From an uncultured Actinomycetes bacterium (GTDB lineage: Bacteria > Actinomycetota > Thermoleophilia > Solirubrobacterales > 70-9), in contig CAVRGL010000011.1 of the NCBI GenBank assembly GCA_963720735.1, positions 17,632 through 81,631 of the forward strand: a DNA stretch of 64,000 bases. Reading direction: 5' to 3'. Under the pieces are notes generated by a model. The model did no database searches. It was not told where the DNA came from and saw only the letters and a program-made list of their open reading frames with translations. Each line of letters begins with the position of its first letter. Position 1 is the first letter of the stretch. The position numbers were made by a program, and so were the translations under genes. Of this stretch, positions 1-9,595 are shown in pieces.

Positions 1-2
1 GC

Positions 3-200
3 CTCGGCGCCCTTCTGGGGCGTACCGTGCCGCGAATCGCGGTGATCTCGGTCGGCGAGGGGAACCCGTTCGGCCACCCGACGCCGCGGACCCTCGAGAC
101 GCTCGCCAAGCACCGGATCAGGGTGATGCGCACGGATCGCGACGGGACCGTTGTGATCGAGGCGAGCCAGCGGGGCACGTCCGTCTCCGATGACGGCTAG
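3..200 (+). CDS. ComEC/Rec2-family protein, C-terminal fragment (5' end lies outside the window)
   Basis: Frame-3 translation ...AVISVGEGNPFGHPTPRTLETLAKHRIRVMRTDRDGTVVIEAS...DDG ends at TAG 198-200. It resembles the conserved C-terminal end of the ComEC metallo-beta-lactamase-fold domain. holA follows directly, which is a common arrangement. Confidence 0.7.
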   Translation, partial: LGALLGRTVPRIAVISVGEGNPFGHPTPRTLETLAKHRIRVMRTDRDGTVVIEASQRGTSVSDDG

Positions 201-229
201 ACCGGGTCCGGCGCCTCTAGACTCGGGCC

Positions 230-1216
230 GTGGCCGATCAGATGCTTCCCGCCTACCTGATAACCGGGACCGACACGGCGAAGATCGACTCGACCCGGGC
301 CCGCCTCCGCGCCCGGGCCGAGACGGAGGGGGGAGCGGCGGCGCTCGAGGTGTTCGATTCGGGGGCGGGGCGCAGCGCTCCCGATGCCGAGGCCCTGCTG
401 GCGGCGATCCCGGCGATGTCGCTGGCGGTCTCGCGGCGCTACCTCCTGGTCGACGGGGTCGAGCGCTGGCGCGAGGCGCAGCAGCGCGAGGTCGCCGCGG
501 CCCTGGCGGCCCTGCCGCCAGATCTGACCATCGTCCTGATCGCCCGCGGCAAGGCGCCGGGGCCTCTGAAGGAGGCGGTGAGCGCGGCCGGCGGCGAGGT
601 GCTCCAGTTCGAGGCGCCCCGGGCTCGCGAGCTGCCCCGCCTGCTGGTGGAGGGCGCCCGCAGCCGTGGTTTCAGGCTGGAGCCGGCCGCGGCCCGCACC
701 CTGGTCGAGCGGATGGGCACCGGCCAGGTTCGGCTCGAGAACGAGCTCGACCGCCTGGCGCTCTGGGCCGGTCCCGACGGGGAGGTCAGCGAGAGCGATC
801 TCGAATCGACGATCGCCGATACCTCCGAGACCGCGGCCTGGTCTCTATCGGACGCGCTGCTCGAGCGCGACGCGGCTCGCGCCCTGGAGATCGGCGAGCG
901 GCTCATCTCACAGGGGGAGAACGTCACCGGCCTGATCTACGCGCTGGCGTCGCGCCTGCGCAAGGCGAACCTCGCCCTCGCCCAGCTCGAGAGCGGGGTT
1001 GCGCCGAAGAAGGTCGAGTCCTCGCTGGGAATGCACCCCTACGCGGCTAAGCAGCTCGTCGGCCGGCTCCGTGACAGCTCTTCCGAGGAGCTGAGGGAGG
1101 CGACGGTCGTGCTCGCCGACCTCGAGGTCTGGTGTCGGGGAGGCTCCGAGTACGGCGAGGAGCTGGCGCTCACCCTGGCGCTGCGCCGTGCCGCGGGCGC
1201 TCCGTTGGCGGCCTGA
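230..1216 (+). CDS. holA: DNA polymerase III delta subunit
   Basis: 328-aa ORF. The N-terminus PAYLITGTD..., the length and the position between comEC and rpsT fit holA. The codon usage looks coherent for a high-GC gene. Confidence 0.75.
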   Translation: MADQMLPAYLITGTDTAKIDSTRARLRARAETEGGAAALEVFDSGAGRSAPDAEALLAAIPAMSLAVSRRYLLVDGVERWREAQQREVAAALAALPPDLTIVLIARGKAPGPLKEAVSAAGGEVLQFEAPRARELPRLLVEGARSRGFRLEPAAARTLVERMGTGQVRLENELDRLALWAGPDGEVSESDLESTIADTSETAAWSLSDALLERDAARALEIGERLISQGENVTGLIYALASRLRKANLALAQLESGVAPKKVESSLGMHPYAAKQLVGRLRDSSSEELREATVVLADLEVWCRGGSEYGEELALTLALRRAAGAPLAA

Positions 1217-1217
1217 C

Positions 1218-1442
1218 TCAGCCGCGGGGGCGGCGCGCCGCGAACCAGCCGGCGAGGGCGCCGAGCGCGAAGAACAGCAGGATGACGACCAGCAGCGAGG
1301 TCTCCCAGGTCCCGATCACCCAGTGGACCTTGACCGAGTCGAGGTTGAGGACGGCGAACAGGACCGCGAAGACGACCAGGGCCCAGAGCACCACGGTGCG
1401 AGCCGGGCTGCGGTTGGACGGCCTCCCGCCGGGCTCGCTCAT
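1218..1442 (-). CDS. small LapA/DUF1049-like membrane protein
   Basis: The track ORF 1218..1592 overlaps rpsT, so I used the internal Met (MSEPGG...). The protein has two hydrophobic helices (VVLWALVVFAVLFAVL, LLVVILLFFALGALAGWF). Confidence 0.5.
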   Translation of the reverse strand: MSEPGGRPSNRSPARTVVLWALVVFAVLFAVLNLDSVKVHWVIGTWETSLLVVILLFFALGALAGWFAARRPRG

Positions 1443-1452
1443 TCCTACCGGG

Positions 1453-1713
1453 TCAGGTTCCGGAGGCGATGCGGGCCGCGCGGGACTTCTTGCGGGCGCC
1501 GTTGCGAGGATGAAGCGCCCCTCGCTGGACCGCTTTGTCGATGCGCGAGACGAGCGAGCGATGCTCGCTGTCCACTGTCGCGGCGTCGCCATCCTCGGCC
1601 GCCTGCTCGAGGCGGTGGAAGTGGGTCTTCACGGCGCTGGTCAGCCGACGGTTCTCGGCGCGCTCGCGCTCGCTGCGTAGGATCCGCTTCTTCTGTGAGG
1701 CTATGTTGGCCAT
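1453..1713 (-). CDS. rpsT: 30S ribosomal protein S20
   Basis: 86-aa protein MANIASQKKRILRSERERAENRRLTSAVKT..., the classic S20 N-terminus. Confidence 0.95.
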   Translation of the reverse strand: MANIASQKKRILRSERERAENRRLTSAVKTHFHRLEQAAEDGDAATVDSEHRSLVSRIDKAVQRGALHPRNGARKKSRAARIASGT

Positions 1714-1773
1714 GGTCGTGTGCCTGAGCGGGCAGGTCTCCCCACGCGATCGGGCGATCGCCGACTATAGCGA

Positions 1774-3528
1774 GTGAGACCTGGCTTGGAGACTCCCCGG
1801 GCAGACGAGACAACCGAGCGCGAAGGCGCCGCGACCGCGGAGGAAAGCGGGGCGGACGGGACCGAAGCCGGGCTCGATTCAGCCCTCGCCTCCGACGCCG
1901 CGGTGCGGGCCGCCGAGGCCTTCGAGCCGGGCGAGGAGCCGGCCGCCGAGCCCGCGCCCGGCCGCCAGGCGGGCCGCATCGCACGCTCGACCGCCTTCTT
2001 CTCCGTCGCCACCGCCGCCTCGAGGGTGGCGGGGCTGGTGCGCGAGATCTTCGCCGCCAGCTACTTCGGCGTCCGCGGTCCGATGTCGGCGTTCACGATC
2101 GCTTTCCAGGTGCCCAACCTGGTCCGCAGCCTGTTCGCCGACGCCGCTCTGCAGCCCGCCTTCGTCCCGATCTTCACCGAGCAGCTGGAGAAGCGCAACT
2201 ACCGCGAGGCCTTCCGGCTCGCCTCGACCCTGCTGCTGCTGGTGACCATGGTCCTCGGCGCGATCACCGCGGTCTTCGTGATCTTCGCTCCGCTGATCAT
2301 GCCGCTCTTCGCCCCCGGGTTCACGGGCGAGATCAAGGACCTGACGATCACGCTCTCGCAGCTGCTGTTCCCGATCCTCATCCTGCTCGGCCTCAGCGGG
2401 GTGGTCGTCGGGATCCTCAATAGCTACGACCGCTTCGGCGCCTTCGCGATCTCGCCCTTCTTCTGGAACGTGACGATCATCGCCGTCACCGTCGTCCTGG
2501 TGCCGCAGTTCCACGGCAACGACCGCATCTACGCCTACGCGATCGGGATCGTCGCCGGAACCCTGGTGCAGCTGCTGATCCCGGCCTTCGACCTCCGCAA
2601 CACGCCGTTTCAGTTCAGGTGGAGCTTCGCCTGGCGTAACCGGGACGTCCGCCGCGTCCTGCTGCTGATGCTGCCGGTGACGATCAGCCTCGGCCTGATC
2701 AACTTCAACCTGCTGATCAACAGCTTCTTCGGCAGCCTCGTCCACGGCGAGGGGGACCTGGCGCCGGCGGCGATCGACAAGGCCTTCCGGATCTACCAGC
2801 TCCCGCAGGGGATCTTCTCGGTGGCGATCGCGACGGTGCTGTTCCCCACCCTGGCGCGCTTCGCGGCGCGCGGGGCGACTGCCGACCTGCGGGCGACGAT
2901 GGCGAACGGGATGCGGCAGATCGTCTTCGTCCTGCTGCCGGCGGCGGCCGCGGTCCTGGTCCTCTCCGAGCCGATGATCCGCCTCGTCTACCAGCGCGGC
3001 GAGTTCACCCCCTCGCAGACGACTCTGGTGGCGACAGCCCTCTTCTGGTTCGCGTTCTCGCTTCCGACCAACGGCCTCTTCCTGCTGCTCACCCGGACCT
3101 TCTTCAGCCTCCAGAGGCCCTGGGTCCCGACCGGGATCGCCGCCGCCAACCTTGCCGTCACGGCGATCGCCGCCGCCCTCCTCTACAAGCCGTACGGGGT
3201 CGGCGGGATAGTCGCCTCGACCGGGATCGCGACTGCGGCGAGCGTCTTCGCCCAGTGCGTGGTCCTGCGCCGCGCCCTGGGTGGGCTCGAGCTGGGCCGG
3301 CTCGCCTTCTCCACGGTGCGGATCGCGCTTGCCGCAGCGGCGCTGGCAGCGGTCAGCTACGCGGTCTGGGACGTCCTCGACCGCCAGCTGGGGCGATCGG
3401 TCGCCGACCAGGCGATCTCGCTGATCGCCGGGCTGGGCGCGGGCGCCGCCGTCTACCTGGCCGCGGTCTGGGTGATGCGGGTGCCCGAGCTGTCGCAGAT
3501 CGGAAGGCTGCTGCGGCGGGGCCGCTGA
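1774..3528 (+). CDS. murJ: lipid II flippase MurJ/MviN (start uncertain; acidic low-complexity N-terminus)
   Basis: 584-aa polytopic membrane protein with MurJ-like motifs (VAGLVREIFAASYFG, FQVPNLVRSLFADAALQPAFVPIF). Confidence 0.85.
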   Translation: MRPGLETPRADETTEREGAATAEESGADGTEAGLDSALASDAAVRAAEAFEPGEEPAAEPAPGRQAGRIARSTAFFSVATAASRVAGLVREIFAASYFGVRGPMSAFTIAFQVPNLVRSLFADAALQPAFVPIFTEQLEKRNYREAFRLASTLLLLVTMVLGAITAVFVIFAPLIMPLFAPGFTGEIKDLTITLSQLLFPILILLGLSGVVVGILNSYDRFGAFAISPFFWNVTIIAVTVVLVPQFHGNDRIYAYAIGIVAGTLVQLLIPAFDLRNTPFQFRWSFAWRNRDVRRVLLLMLPVTISLGLINFNLLINSFFGSLVHGEGDLAPAAIDKAFRIYQLPQGIFSVAIATVLFPTLARFAARGATADLRATMANGMRQIVFVLLPAAAAVLVLSEPMIRLVYQRGEFTPSQTTLVATALFWFAFSLPTNGLFLLLTRTFFSLQRPWVPTGIAAANLAVTAIAAALLYKPYGVGGIVASTGIATAASVFAQCVVLRRALGGLELGRLAFSTVRIALAAAALAAVSYAVWDVLDRQLGRSVADQAISLIAGLGAGAAVYLAAVWVMRVPELSQIGRLLRRGR

Positions 3529-3544
3529 TCGGAGCCTGGAAGCG

Positions 3545-5617
3545 GTGCTGAGCGCCACCAGGTACCTGCTCGGCGCCGCCGAGATATCGCTGCTGGCCGC
3601 GGCGGCGATCCTCGGCGCGGCCCGGGTGCGCGCCCGCCTGCTGCCCGGCTTCACCGGGTCGCCGGCCTGGCTCGCCACCGCCGTCGTGGCGATCGCGATC
3701 CTGCTCGGGACGGCCGAGCTGCTCGGGACGGCCGGGCTGTTCGAGCCCGTCCCCTACCTGCTCGCCGTCCTCTGCCTCGGGATCGGGCTGCGCCTTGGCC
3801 TCTCCGCCGGCGAGCCCGCAGGCCAAGGACTCCCGGCGCCCGACCCCGGCCTGACGATGCGTCTGTCCGGCCTCGCGGTCGCCGCGGTCGTGATCGCCCA
3901 CTTCTGCATCGGGGTGCGGCTGCGCCTGAGCACCGGCATGACCGGATTCGACACGACCTGGTACCACGGGCCCTTCGCCGCCGGCTTCGCCCAGAGCGGG
4001 CGGACCTTCGGGATCCAGTTCATCGCGCCGCAGTTCCTCGCCTGGTTCTACCCGCAGAACTCGGAGCTGCTGCACGGGATCGGGATCCTCGCCTTCTCCA
4101 GGGATCTGCTCTCGCCGCTGCTCAACCTCGGCTGGCTCGGTGGCTGCCTGCTCGCCGCCTGGTGCATCGGCCGCCCCTGGGGCGCCGCGCCCGTGACGCT
4201 CGCCGGCGCCGCCCTGGTGCTCGGCAGCGGCGCCTTTGCCGATCAGGCCGGAGAGGCCCGCAACGACATCGTCGCCCTCTTCTTCGTCCTCGCGGCGGTC
4301 GCGATCGTGCTCAACGCGGCGGCGCTGCCAAGCGGCCGGCGCCCGCCCGCCTCCCTTCCCGTGGGAGCAATGGTCCTGGCCGGCCTCTCGATCGGGCTCG
4401 CTGCCGGGACCAAGGTCAACTACCTGGCGGCGGCGCTCGCCCTGGTCGGGTCGCTGCCCCTGATCGCGCCCCGCGGCGAACGGCTTCGAGCCCTTGCCGC
4501 GAGCGGCCTGCCGGCGCTGGCCGGGTGCGGGTTCTGGTACCTGCGGAACCTGATCCACGCAGGCAACCCGCTTCCGTGGGTCAAGCACCTCGGCCCGATC
4601 GCGCTGCCATCGCCCGACCAGGCGATCGGAGGCCGCGAGGGATTCGGGGTGCTGCACTATCTCACCGACCCCGGGGTCTGGTCGGACTGGTTCGCACCGG
4701 GGCTTCATCAGGGTCTTGGTGTGCTCTGGCCGGTGATCCTCGCCGCGGCCCTGGCCGGGGCGCTGCTTTGCATGGTGGGACGGGGATCGGAGCCGGCGCT
4801 GCGCGCATCGGCGGTGGTCGCGGCCGCGCTGATCGCCGCCTGGCTGGTCGCCCCTGCCTCCGCCTCGGGGCCGGATGGAGAGCCACTCGGCTTCCTCTCG
4901 GGGTTGCGCTACCTGGTGCCGGCGCTCGCCCTCGGCCTGGCGCTGCTGCCGCTTGCCCCGCCGCTTCGAACCGACGCGGCGCGCTGGGCGGTGCTCGCCG
5001 CCCTCGCCCTCGCCCTGCCGTTCACGGCCGCCTCCGGGATTCCCTGGTATTCGGGCTACCTCGCCGCGGCGGTCCTCGCGAGCGTCCTGGCAGTGAGCCT
5101 TGCGGCCCTGCTCGGGTCCGGCTGGCCCTCGGCGCACCGCAGGCTGGCGATCGCCACCACCGTGGGCGCCGCGATCCTCCTGATCGCGGCCGGGGAGCGC
5201 GGCCAGCGCACCTATCTGGCAAACCGCTACGCCGACCCCGGGTTCACGACCCCGGGCCTCGACGCCGCCTTCAGGTGGGCGCGCTCGCTCTCCGATCGGC
5301 GGATCGCCACCACCAGCACCCGACAGTATCCGCTGTTCGGCACCGAGCTCTCCAACCGGGTCAGGTTCGTCGGCCTGCACCGCCCCGAGGCCGGCTTCGT
5401 GCGTCCGGCCGGCTGCCGCTCCTGGCGGCGGGCCCTGAACGAGGGCGGTTATGACTATGTCGTCGCCAGCCTCGACCGGATCGAGCCCGGCGGCCCCAGC
5501 TACCCCCCGGAGGCCGGCTGGACCGCCTCCGACCCGGCGGCACGGGTGGTGCTGCGAAAGCCGCCGACCGTCATCTTCCGCCTCCGGGGCCGCCTCGACC
5601 CGGCCGCCTGCCCCTGA
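3545..5617 (+). CDS. large polytopic membrane protein, possibly a GT-C (ArnT/PMT-like) glycosyltransferase
   Basis: 690 aa with many hydrophobic helices and a soluble tail of about 130 aa. The assignment rests on architecture only; I recognised no catalytic motif. Confidence 0.45.
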   Translation: MLSATRYLLGAAEISLLAAAAILGAARVRARLLPGFTGSPAWLATAVVAIAILLGTAELLGTAGLFEPVPYLLAVLCLGIGLRLGLSAGEPAGQGLPAPDPGLTMRLSGLAVAAVVIAHFCIGVRLRLSTGMTGFDTTWYHGPFAAGFAQSGRTFGIQFIAPQFLAWFYPQNSELLHGIGILAFSRDLLSPLLNLGWLGGCLLAAWCIGRPWGAAPVTLAGAALVLGSGAFADQAGEARNDIVALFFVLAAVAIVLNAAALPSGRRPPASLPVGAMVLAGLSIGLAAGTKVNYLAAALALVGSLPLIAPRGERLRALAASGLPALAGCGFWYLRNLIHAGNPLPWVKHLGPIALPSPDQAIGGREGFGVLHYLTDPGVWSDWFAPGLHQGLGVLWPVILAAALAGALLCMVGRGSEPALRASAVVAAALIAAWLVAPASASGPDGEPLGFLSGLRYLVPALALGLALLPLAPPLRTDAARWAVLAALALALPFTAASGIPWYSGYLAAAVLASVLAVSLAALLGSGWPSAHRRLAIATTVGAAILLIAAGERGQRTYLANRYADPGFTTPGLDAAFRWARSLSDRRIATTSTRQYPLFGTELSNRVRFVGLHRPEAGFVRPAGCRSWRRALNEGGYDYVVASLDRIEPGGPSYPPEAGWTASDPAARVVLRKPPTVIFRLRGRLDPAACP

Positions 5618-5637
5618 CGCCATACTGATCGCGCCCC

Positions 5638-7431
5638 ATGGAGCGCATCCGCAACTTCTCGATCATCGCCCACATCGACCACGGTAAGTCGACCCTGGCC
5701 GACCGCATCCTCGAGGTCACCGGGGCGATCGACCCGGGGAAGATGCGCGCCCAGGTGCTCGACTCGATGGACCTCGAGCGAGAGCGCGGGATAACGATCA
5801 AGGCGCAGGCCGTGCGGGTGGACTACGCCGCCACGGACGGGCGCACCTACCACCTCCACCTGATCGACACCCCCGGCCACGTCGACTTCTCCTACGAGGT
5901 TTCGCGCAGCCTGGCCGCCTGCGAGGGGGCGCTGCTCGTGGTCGACGCCGCGCAGGGCGTGGAGGCGCAGACCGTCGCCAACACGTACCTGGCGGTCGAA
6001 AACGGGCTCGAGCTGGTGCCGGTGATCAACAAGGTGGACCTGCCGGGCGCCGAGCCGGAGCGGGTCGCGGGCGAGATCGCCGACCTGCTGGGCGGCGACC
6101 CCGGCGAGATCCTGCGGATCTCGGCGAAGACGGGGGAGGGAGTGGAGGAGGTGCTGGAGGCGATCGTCGAGCGGATCCCGCCGCCCGGCGGTGACCCGAA
6201 GGCCCCGCCCCGGGCGCTGATCTTCGACTCCGAGTTCGACCAGTACCGTGGCGTCATCGCCTACGTGCGGATGGTCGACGGTGGCTTCGAGCGGCGCCAG
6301 CAGATAGTCGCCATGCAGAACGGCACGGAGGCCGACATCGACGACATCGGCTTCTTCCGGCCGCAGATGACCGCGGCCGAAGGGATGGCCGCCGGCGAGG
6401 TCGGCTACGTGATCACCGGGATCAAGGACGTCGCCAAGCTGCGGGTCGGGGACACGCTGACCAGCCGCGCCGAGCCGGCCGGCGAGCCGCTCGAGGGCTA
6501 CCGAGAGGTGAAGCCGATGGTCTTCTGCGGCCTCTACCCGATCGACACCGACCGCTACGAGGACCTGCGGGACGCGCTCGACAAGCTCGCCCTGAACGAC
6601 GCCGCTCTCTCCTATGAGCCTGAGACCTCCGACGCGCTCGGTTTCGGCTTTCGCTGCGGGTTTCTCGGCCTCCTGCACATGGAGATCGTGCGCGAGCGGC
6701 TGGAGCGCGAATACGACCTCGACCTGCTGGCGACCACCCCCAACGTCCGCTACCAGGTCCACCTGATCGGCGGCGAGAGCCTCGACGTGCACAGCCCCAC
6801 CGGGATGCCCGACCCGGCCTCGATAGAGGAGATCGACGAGCCCTTCATCCGGGCGACGATCATCGCCCCCTCCGAGTACGTGGGTCCGGTGATGGAGCTC
6901 TGCCAGGGCCGGCGGGGCAGCCACGTCGACATGCACTACCTGAGCCCGCAGCGCGTGCAGATCCGCTACGACCTTCCGCTGGCCGAGATCGTCCTCGACT
7001 TCTTCGACCTGCTGAAGTCCTCGACCCGCGGCTACGCGTCGCTCGACTACGAGCCGATCGGCAACCGCCCCTCGGATCTGGTCAAGCTCGACATCCTGCT
7101 CGCCGGGGAGCGGGTGGATGCGCTCTCGATCATCGTCCACCGCGATTCCGCGTATGCGGCCGGCAAGACGCTGGTCGAGCGGCTTCGGAAGACGATCCCA
7201 CGCCAGCTGTTCGACATCCCGGTGCAGGCCGCGATCGGCTCGCGGGTGCTGGCCCGTGAGACCGTCAAGGCGCTGCGCAAGGACGTCACCGCGAAGCTCT
7301 ACGGTGGCGACGTGACCCGCAAGCGTAAGCTCCTCGAGAAGCAGAAGTCGGGCAAGAAGCGGATGAAGCAGGTCGGCCGCGTCGAGGTCCCCCAGGAGGC
7401 GTTCCTAGCGGTGCTCGAGATAGATGAGTAG
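5638..7431 (+). CDS. lepA: elongation factor 4 (LepA)
   Basis: [25 protein letters not shown]..., [13 protein letters not shown] and the C-terminal LepA domain; 597 aa. Confidence 0.97.
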   Translation: MERIRNFSIIAHIDHGKSTLADRILEVTGAIDPGKMRAQVLDSMDLERERGITIKAQAVRVDYAATDGRTYHLHLIDTPGHVDFSYEVSRSLAACEGALLVVDAAQGVEAQTVANTYLAVENGLELVPVINKVDLPGAEPERVAGEIADLLGGDPGEILRISAKTGEGVEEVLEAIVERIPPPGGDPKAPPRALIFDSEFDQYRGVIAYVRMVDGGFERRQQIVAMQNGTEADIDDIGFFRPQMTAAEGMAAGEVGYVITGIKDVAKLRVGDTLTSRAEPAGEPLEGYREVKPMVFCGLYPIDTDRYEDLRDALDKLALNDAALSYEPETSDALGFGFRCGFLGLLHMEIVRERLEREYDLDLLATTPNVRYQVHLIGGESLDVHSPTGMPDPASIEEIDEPFIRATIIAPSEYVGPVMELCQGRRGSHVDMHYLSPQRVQIRYDLPLAEIVLDFFDLLKSSTRGYASLDYEPIGNRPSDLVKLDILLAGERVDALSIIVHRDSAYAAGKTLVERLRKTIPRQLFDIPVQAAIGSRVLARETVKALRKDVTAKLYGGDVTRKRKLLEKQKSGKKRMKQVGRVEVPQEAFLAVLEIDE

Positions 7432-7903
7432 CAGCGGAGAAAGCGCCCGGATCGGTGGAGCGAACGTCGAGTTCGTGCTGGAGGCGTTCCGCGAGTTCGC
7501 CGAACGCGGCCCGGAGGCGGTGATCGACATCCTCGACCCGGAGGTCGACGTCTACGGCGACGAAGAGCTCGCCAACGGCGGCAGGTTCCACGGCATCCCC
7601 GGCTACCGGCGCTGGACCGAGCGCTGGCTCGACGTCTGGGGGGAGTTCGAGATCGAGGTGGAGCTGGTCGAGCCGGTCGGCGAGCGCCACGTGGCCGCCA
7701 CCTGCCACCAGACCGGGCTCGGCAAGTCCAGCGGCGCCTCGGTGGAGATGGACGCCACCTACATGTTCGAGATCAGCGACGGGATGGTGGTCCGCTTCCA
7801 CATCTACGGCGACCGCCGCAAGGCGATCGCGGCCGCCAGGGAGGGAGAAGCGACGGCCTCCGACGCGAGGCCGCCGGCGCCGTCGAAGCCCGCCACCGAC
7901 TAG
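7424..7903 (+). CDS. SnoaL-like / NTF2-fold protein (paralog A)
   Basis: 159 aa. Its N-terminus [16 protein letters not shown] and C-terminal [10 protein letters not shown] pattern are shared with the ORFs at 14233 and 15102. Confidence 0.6.
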   Translation: MSSSGESARIGGANVEFVLEAFREFAERGPEAVIDILDPEVDVYGDEELANGGRFHGIPGYRRWTERWLDVWGEFEIEVELVEPVGERHVAATCHQTGLGKSSGASVEMDATYMFEISDGMVVRFHIYGDRRKAIAAAREGEATASDARPPAPSKPATD

Positions 7904-8223
7904 CTCGTCTTGGTGACCTTGACCGCGGTGCCGTAGGCGCAGATCTCGGTCCAGGTCGTTCCCAGCTCCGAAGTGTCGAAGCGAAAGGCGATGATCGCGT
8001 TGGCGCCCTTCGACTCGGCCTCCTCGACGAGGCGCTCCGTGGCGTGCTCGCGGCCGTCGGCGAGCATCTTGGTCATCCCCTTCAGCTCGCCGCCGGCCAG
8101 CGACTTCAGCGAGGCGCCGATCTGGGATCCGACGTTGCGCGAGCGCACGGTGAGGCCGAAGACCTCGCCGAAGACCTCGTCGATCTGGTAGCCGGGCAGG
8201 TCGTTCATGGTTGAGATCAGCAT
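7900..8223 (-). CDS. YbjQ/UPF0145 family protein
   Basis: MLISTMNDLPGYQIDEVFGEVFGLTVRSRN...GGELKG...AIIAFRFD. I chose the internal Met at 8223, which gives the usual family length. Confidence 0.8.
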   Translation of the reverse strand: MLISTMNDLPGYQIDEVFGEVFGLTVRSRNVGSQIGASLKSLAGGELKGMTKMLADGREHATERLVEEAESKGANAIIAFRFDTSELGTTWTEICAYGTAVKVTKTS

Positions 8224-8254
8224 GCCCGCGACCCTAGCAATAGAGTCCGGCGCC

Positions 8255-8695
8255 ATGGCCGTGAAGACGGACGCAATCGGCAAGCAGTGGCCGCCCGCGA
8301 CCTACGAAGTCGGCCGCGAGAAGATCCGTGAGTACGCGAACGCGATCGGCGCCGAGAACCCGGTTCACTTCGACCGCGAGGCGGCGCTCGCCGCCGGCTA
8401 CCGCGACGTGGTCGCGCCGCCGATGTTCTGCGTCGTCTACGCCGCGCCGGCGATGGGGCCCGCGATCCTCGACCCCGAGGTCGGCATCAACCTGGCGGCG
8501 ATGGTGCACGGTGGCCAGGAGTTCGCCTGGGGCGAGCCCGTCTGCTCGGGGGACGTGATCACCACCACGGCCACCTGCGCCGAGATCTCCGAGAAGGGCG
8601 GGATGGGCTTCTACGTGTTCGAGTCGAACTCGGTCAACCAGGACGGCACGATGACCGTGCGCGGCACCTGGACCAACATCGTCAGAGGGGTATGA
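8255..8695 (+). CDS. MaoC/hotdog-fold dehydratase, N-terminal-type subunit (HadA-like)
   Basis: ...IGKQWPPATYEVGREKIREYANAIGAENPVHFD... I chose the Met at 8255. The gene is paired with the following MaoC gene, 1 nt apart. Confidence 0.7.
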   Translation: MAVKTDAIGKQWPPATYEVGREKIREYANAIGAENPVHFDREAALAAGYRDVVAPPMFCVVYAAPAMGPAILDPEVGINLAAMVHGGQEFAWGEPVCSGDVITTTATCAEISEKGGMGFYVFESNSVNQDGTMTVRGTWTNIVRGV

Positions 8696-8696
8696 G

Positions 8697-9089
8697 ATGG
8701 CGGAGCTGAGCGCAGGAGACCAGATCCCCGAGTTGCGGGTGACACCTGATAAGTACCTTCCTCACCGCTACGCGGGCGCCTCGGGGGACTTCAACCCGAT
8801 CCACATCGATCCCGAGTTCGCCAAGGCCGTCGGCCTCCCCGGCAACATCCTCCACGGCCTCTACATGATGGGCCTGGTCGCTCGCGCCAACACCGCCCTC
8901 GCCGACGGCGACCCGAAGGCGCTGAAGCGCCTCTCGGTCCAGTTCCGGGGCATGGGCGCCCCCGAGCAGGAGATAGTCGTGACCGGCACAGTGCGCGAGG
9001 CGGGCGACGGCCATGTGCTGGTCGACACCGAGGCGGCCCAGGGCGAAAACCGGGTGATCCGCAACGCCGAGGCCGAACTGGAGCTCTAG
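8697..9089 (+). CDS. MaoC-domain (R)-specific dehydratase subunit (HadB-like)
   Basis: ...YAGASGDFNPIHIDPEFAKAVGLPGNILHG... contains the hydratase-2 motif. Confidence 0.8.
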   Translation: MAELSAGDQIPELRVTPDKYLPHRYAGASGDFNPIHIDPEFAKAVGLPGNILHGLYMMGLVARANTALADGDPKALKRLSVQFRGMGAPEQEIVVTGTVREAGDGHVLVDTEAAQGENRVIRNAEAELEL

Positions 9090-9185
9090 GCCTCGGGCCG
9101 AAGCGGCGGATTCCTGCCTCTGAGAGATTTCTCCCAGGCGTGCGCGGCTCAGGCGTGTCCGCCCCCTCGGACCTACCTTTTCCGC

Positions 9186-9548
9186 ATGCGACGGGGGGTC
9201 AGTCCGATGGCTGTGGCCGGGTTATCGGCTGCCGTCTGCGTGCTGCTGGCCCTCTCCCTGGCGGGCTTCTCGGCCGCCTCCGGCCTGGCCGGGGACGGCT
9301 GCCAGAGCCACGGTGTCGGGCGCAGTTATCACCAGAGCTTCTCGCTGGTGCCGACCGGCACGATTTGCGACTACTTCCAGCGCTCGACCGGGGAGACCTC
9401 GAGCGCGATCGTCGCACCCTGGGCGCCGATCGCCTGGCTCGTCCCCACCCTGATCCTCAGCGCCATCGCCTTCCTGACGATGGGTATCCTCGGCCGGCTG
9501 CTGCACCGCCAGGGCGACGCCGAGACGATCCCCAGCCAGGGCACCTGA
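9186..9548 (+). CDS. hypothetical small membrane protein
   Basis: 120 aa with an N-terminal hydrophobic segment and a second helix (WLVPTLILSAIAFLTMGILG). No family recognised. Confidence 0.4.
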   Translation: MRRGVSPMAVAGLSAAVCVLLALSLAGFSAASGLAGDGCQSHGVGRSYHQSFSLVPTGTICDYFQRSTGETSSAIVAPWAPIAWLVPTLILSAIAFLTMGILGRLLHRQGDAETIPSQGT

Positions 9549-9583
9549 GCAGCCGCGCCAATCCCGGCGGCGGCGGCGGTTTC

Positions 9584-9589
9584 TAGGAT
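9584..9589 (+). promoter_or_regulatory. candidate -10 hexamer TAGGAT, 6 nt upstream of the hrcA ATG (leaderless transcript predicted)
   Basis: The hexamer fits TANNNT. Its spacing to A of ATG 9596 equals the usual -10-to-TSS distance. There is no Shine-Dalgarno sequence in between. Confidence 0.35.
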
Positions 9590-9595
9590 GTAGGC

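Noticed and set aside
1879-7140. Very long ORFs opposite or out of frame to annotated genes. Examples: 1879..3678 (-), 3353..5623 (-), 5500..7140 (-). Elsewhere: 19081..20970 (-), 21052..22980 (-), 38415..40784 (-), 44281..47370 (-), 52535..54397 (-).
   Set aside because: Their translations are dominated by Arg/Gly/Pro/Asp/Glu low complexity with no recognisable motifs. They lie antisense to genes with unmistakable homology (murJ, lepA, trpE, trpD, polA, rpsA, uvrB). This is the typical stop-codon-poor artefact of high-GC DNA.
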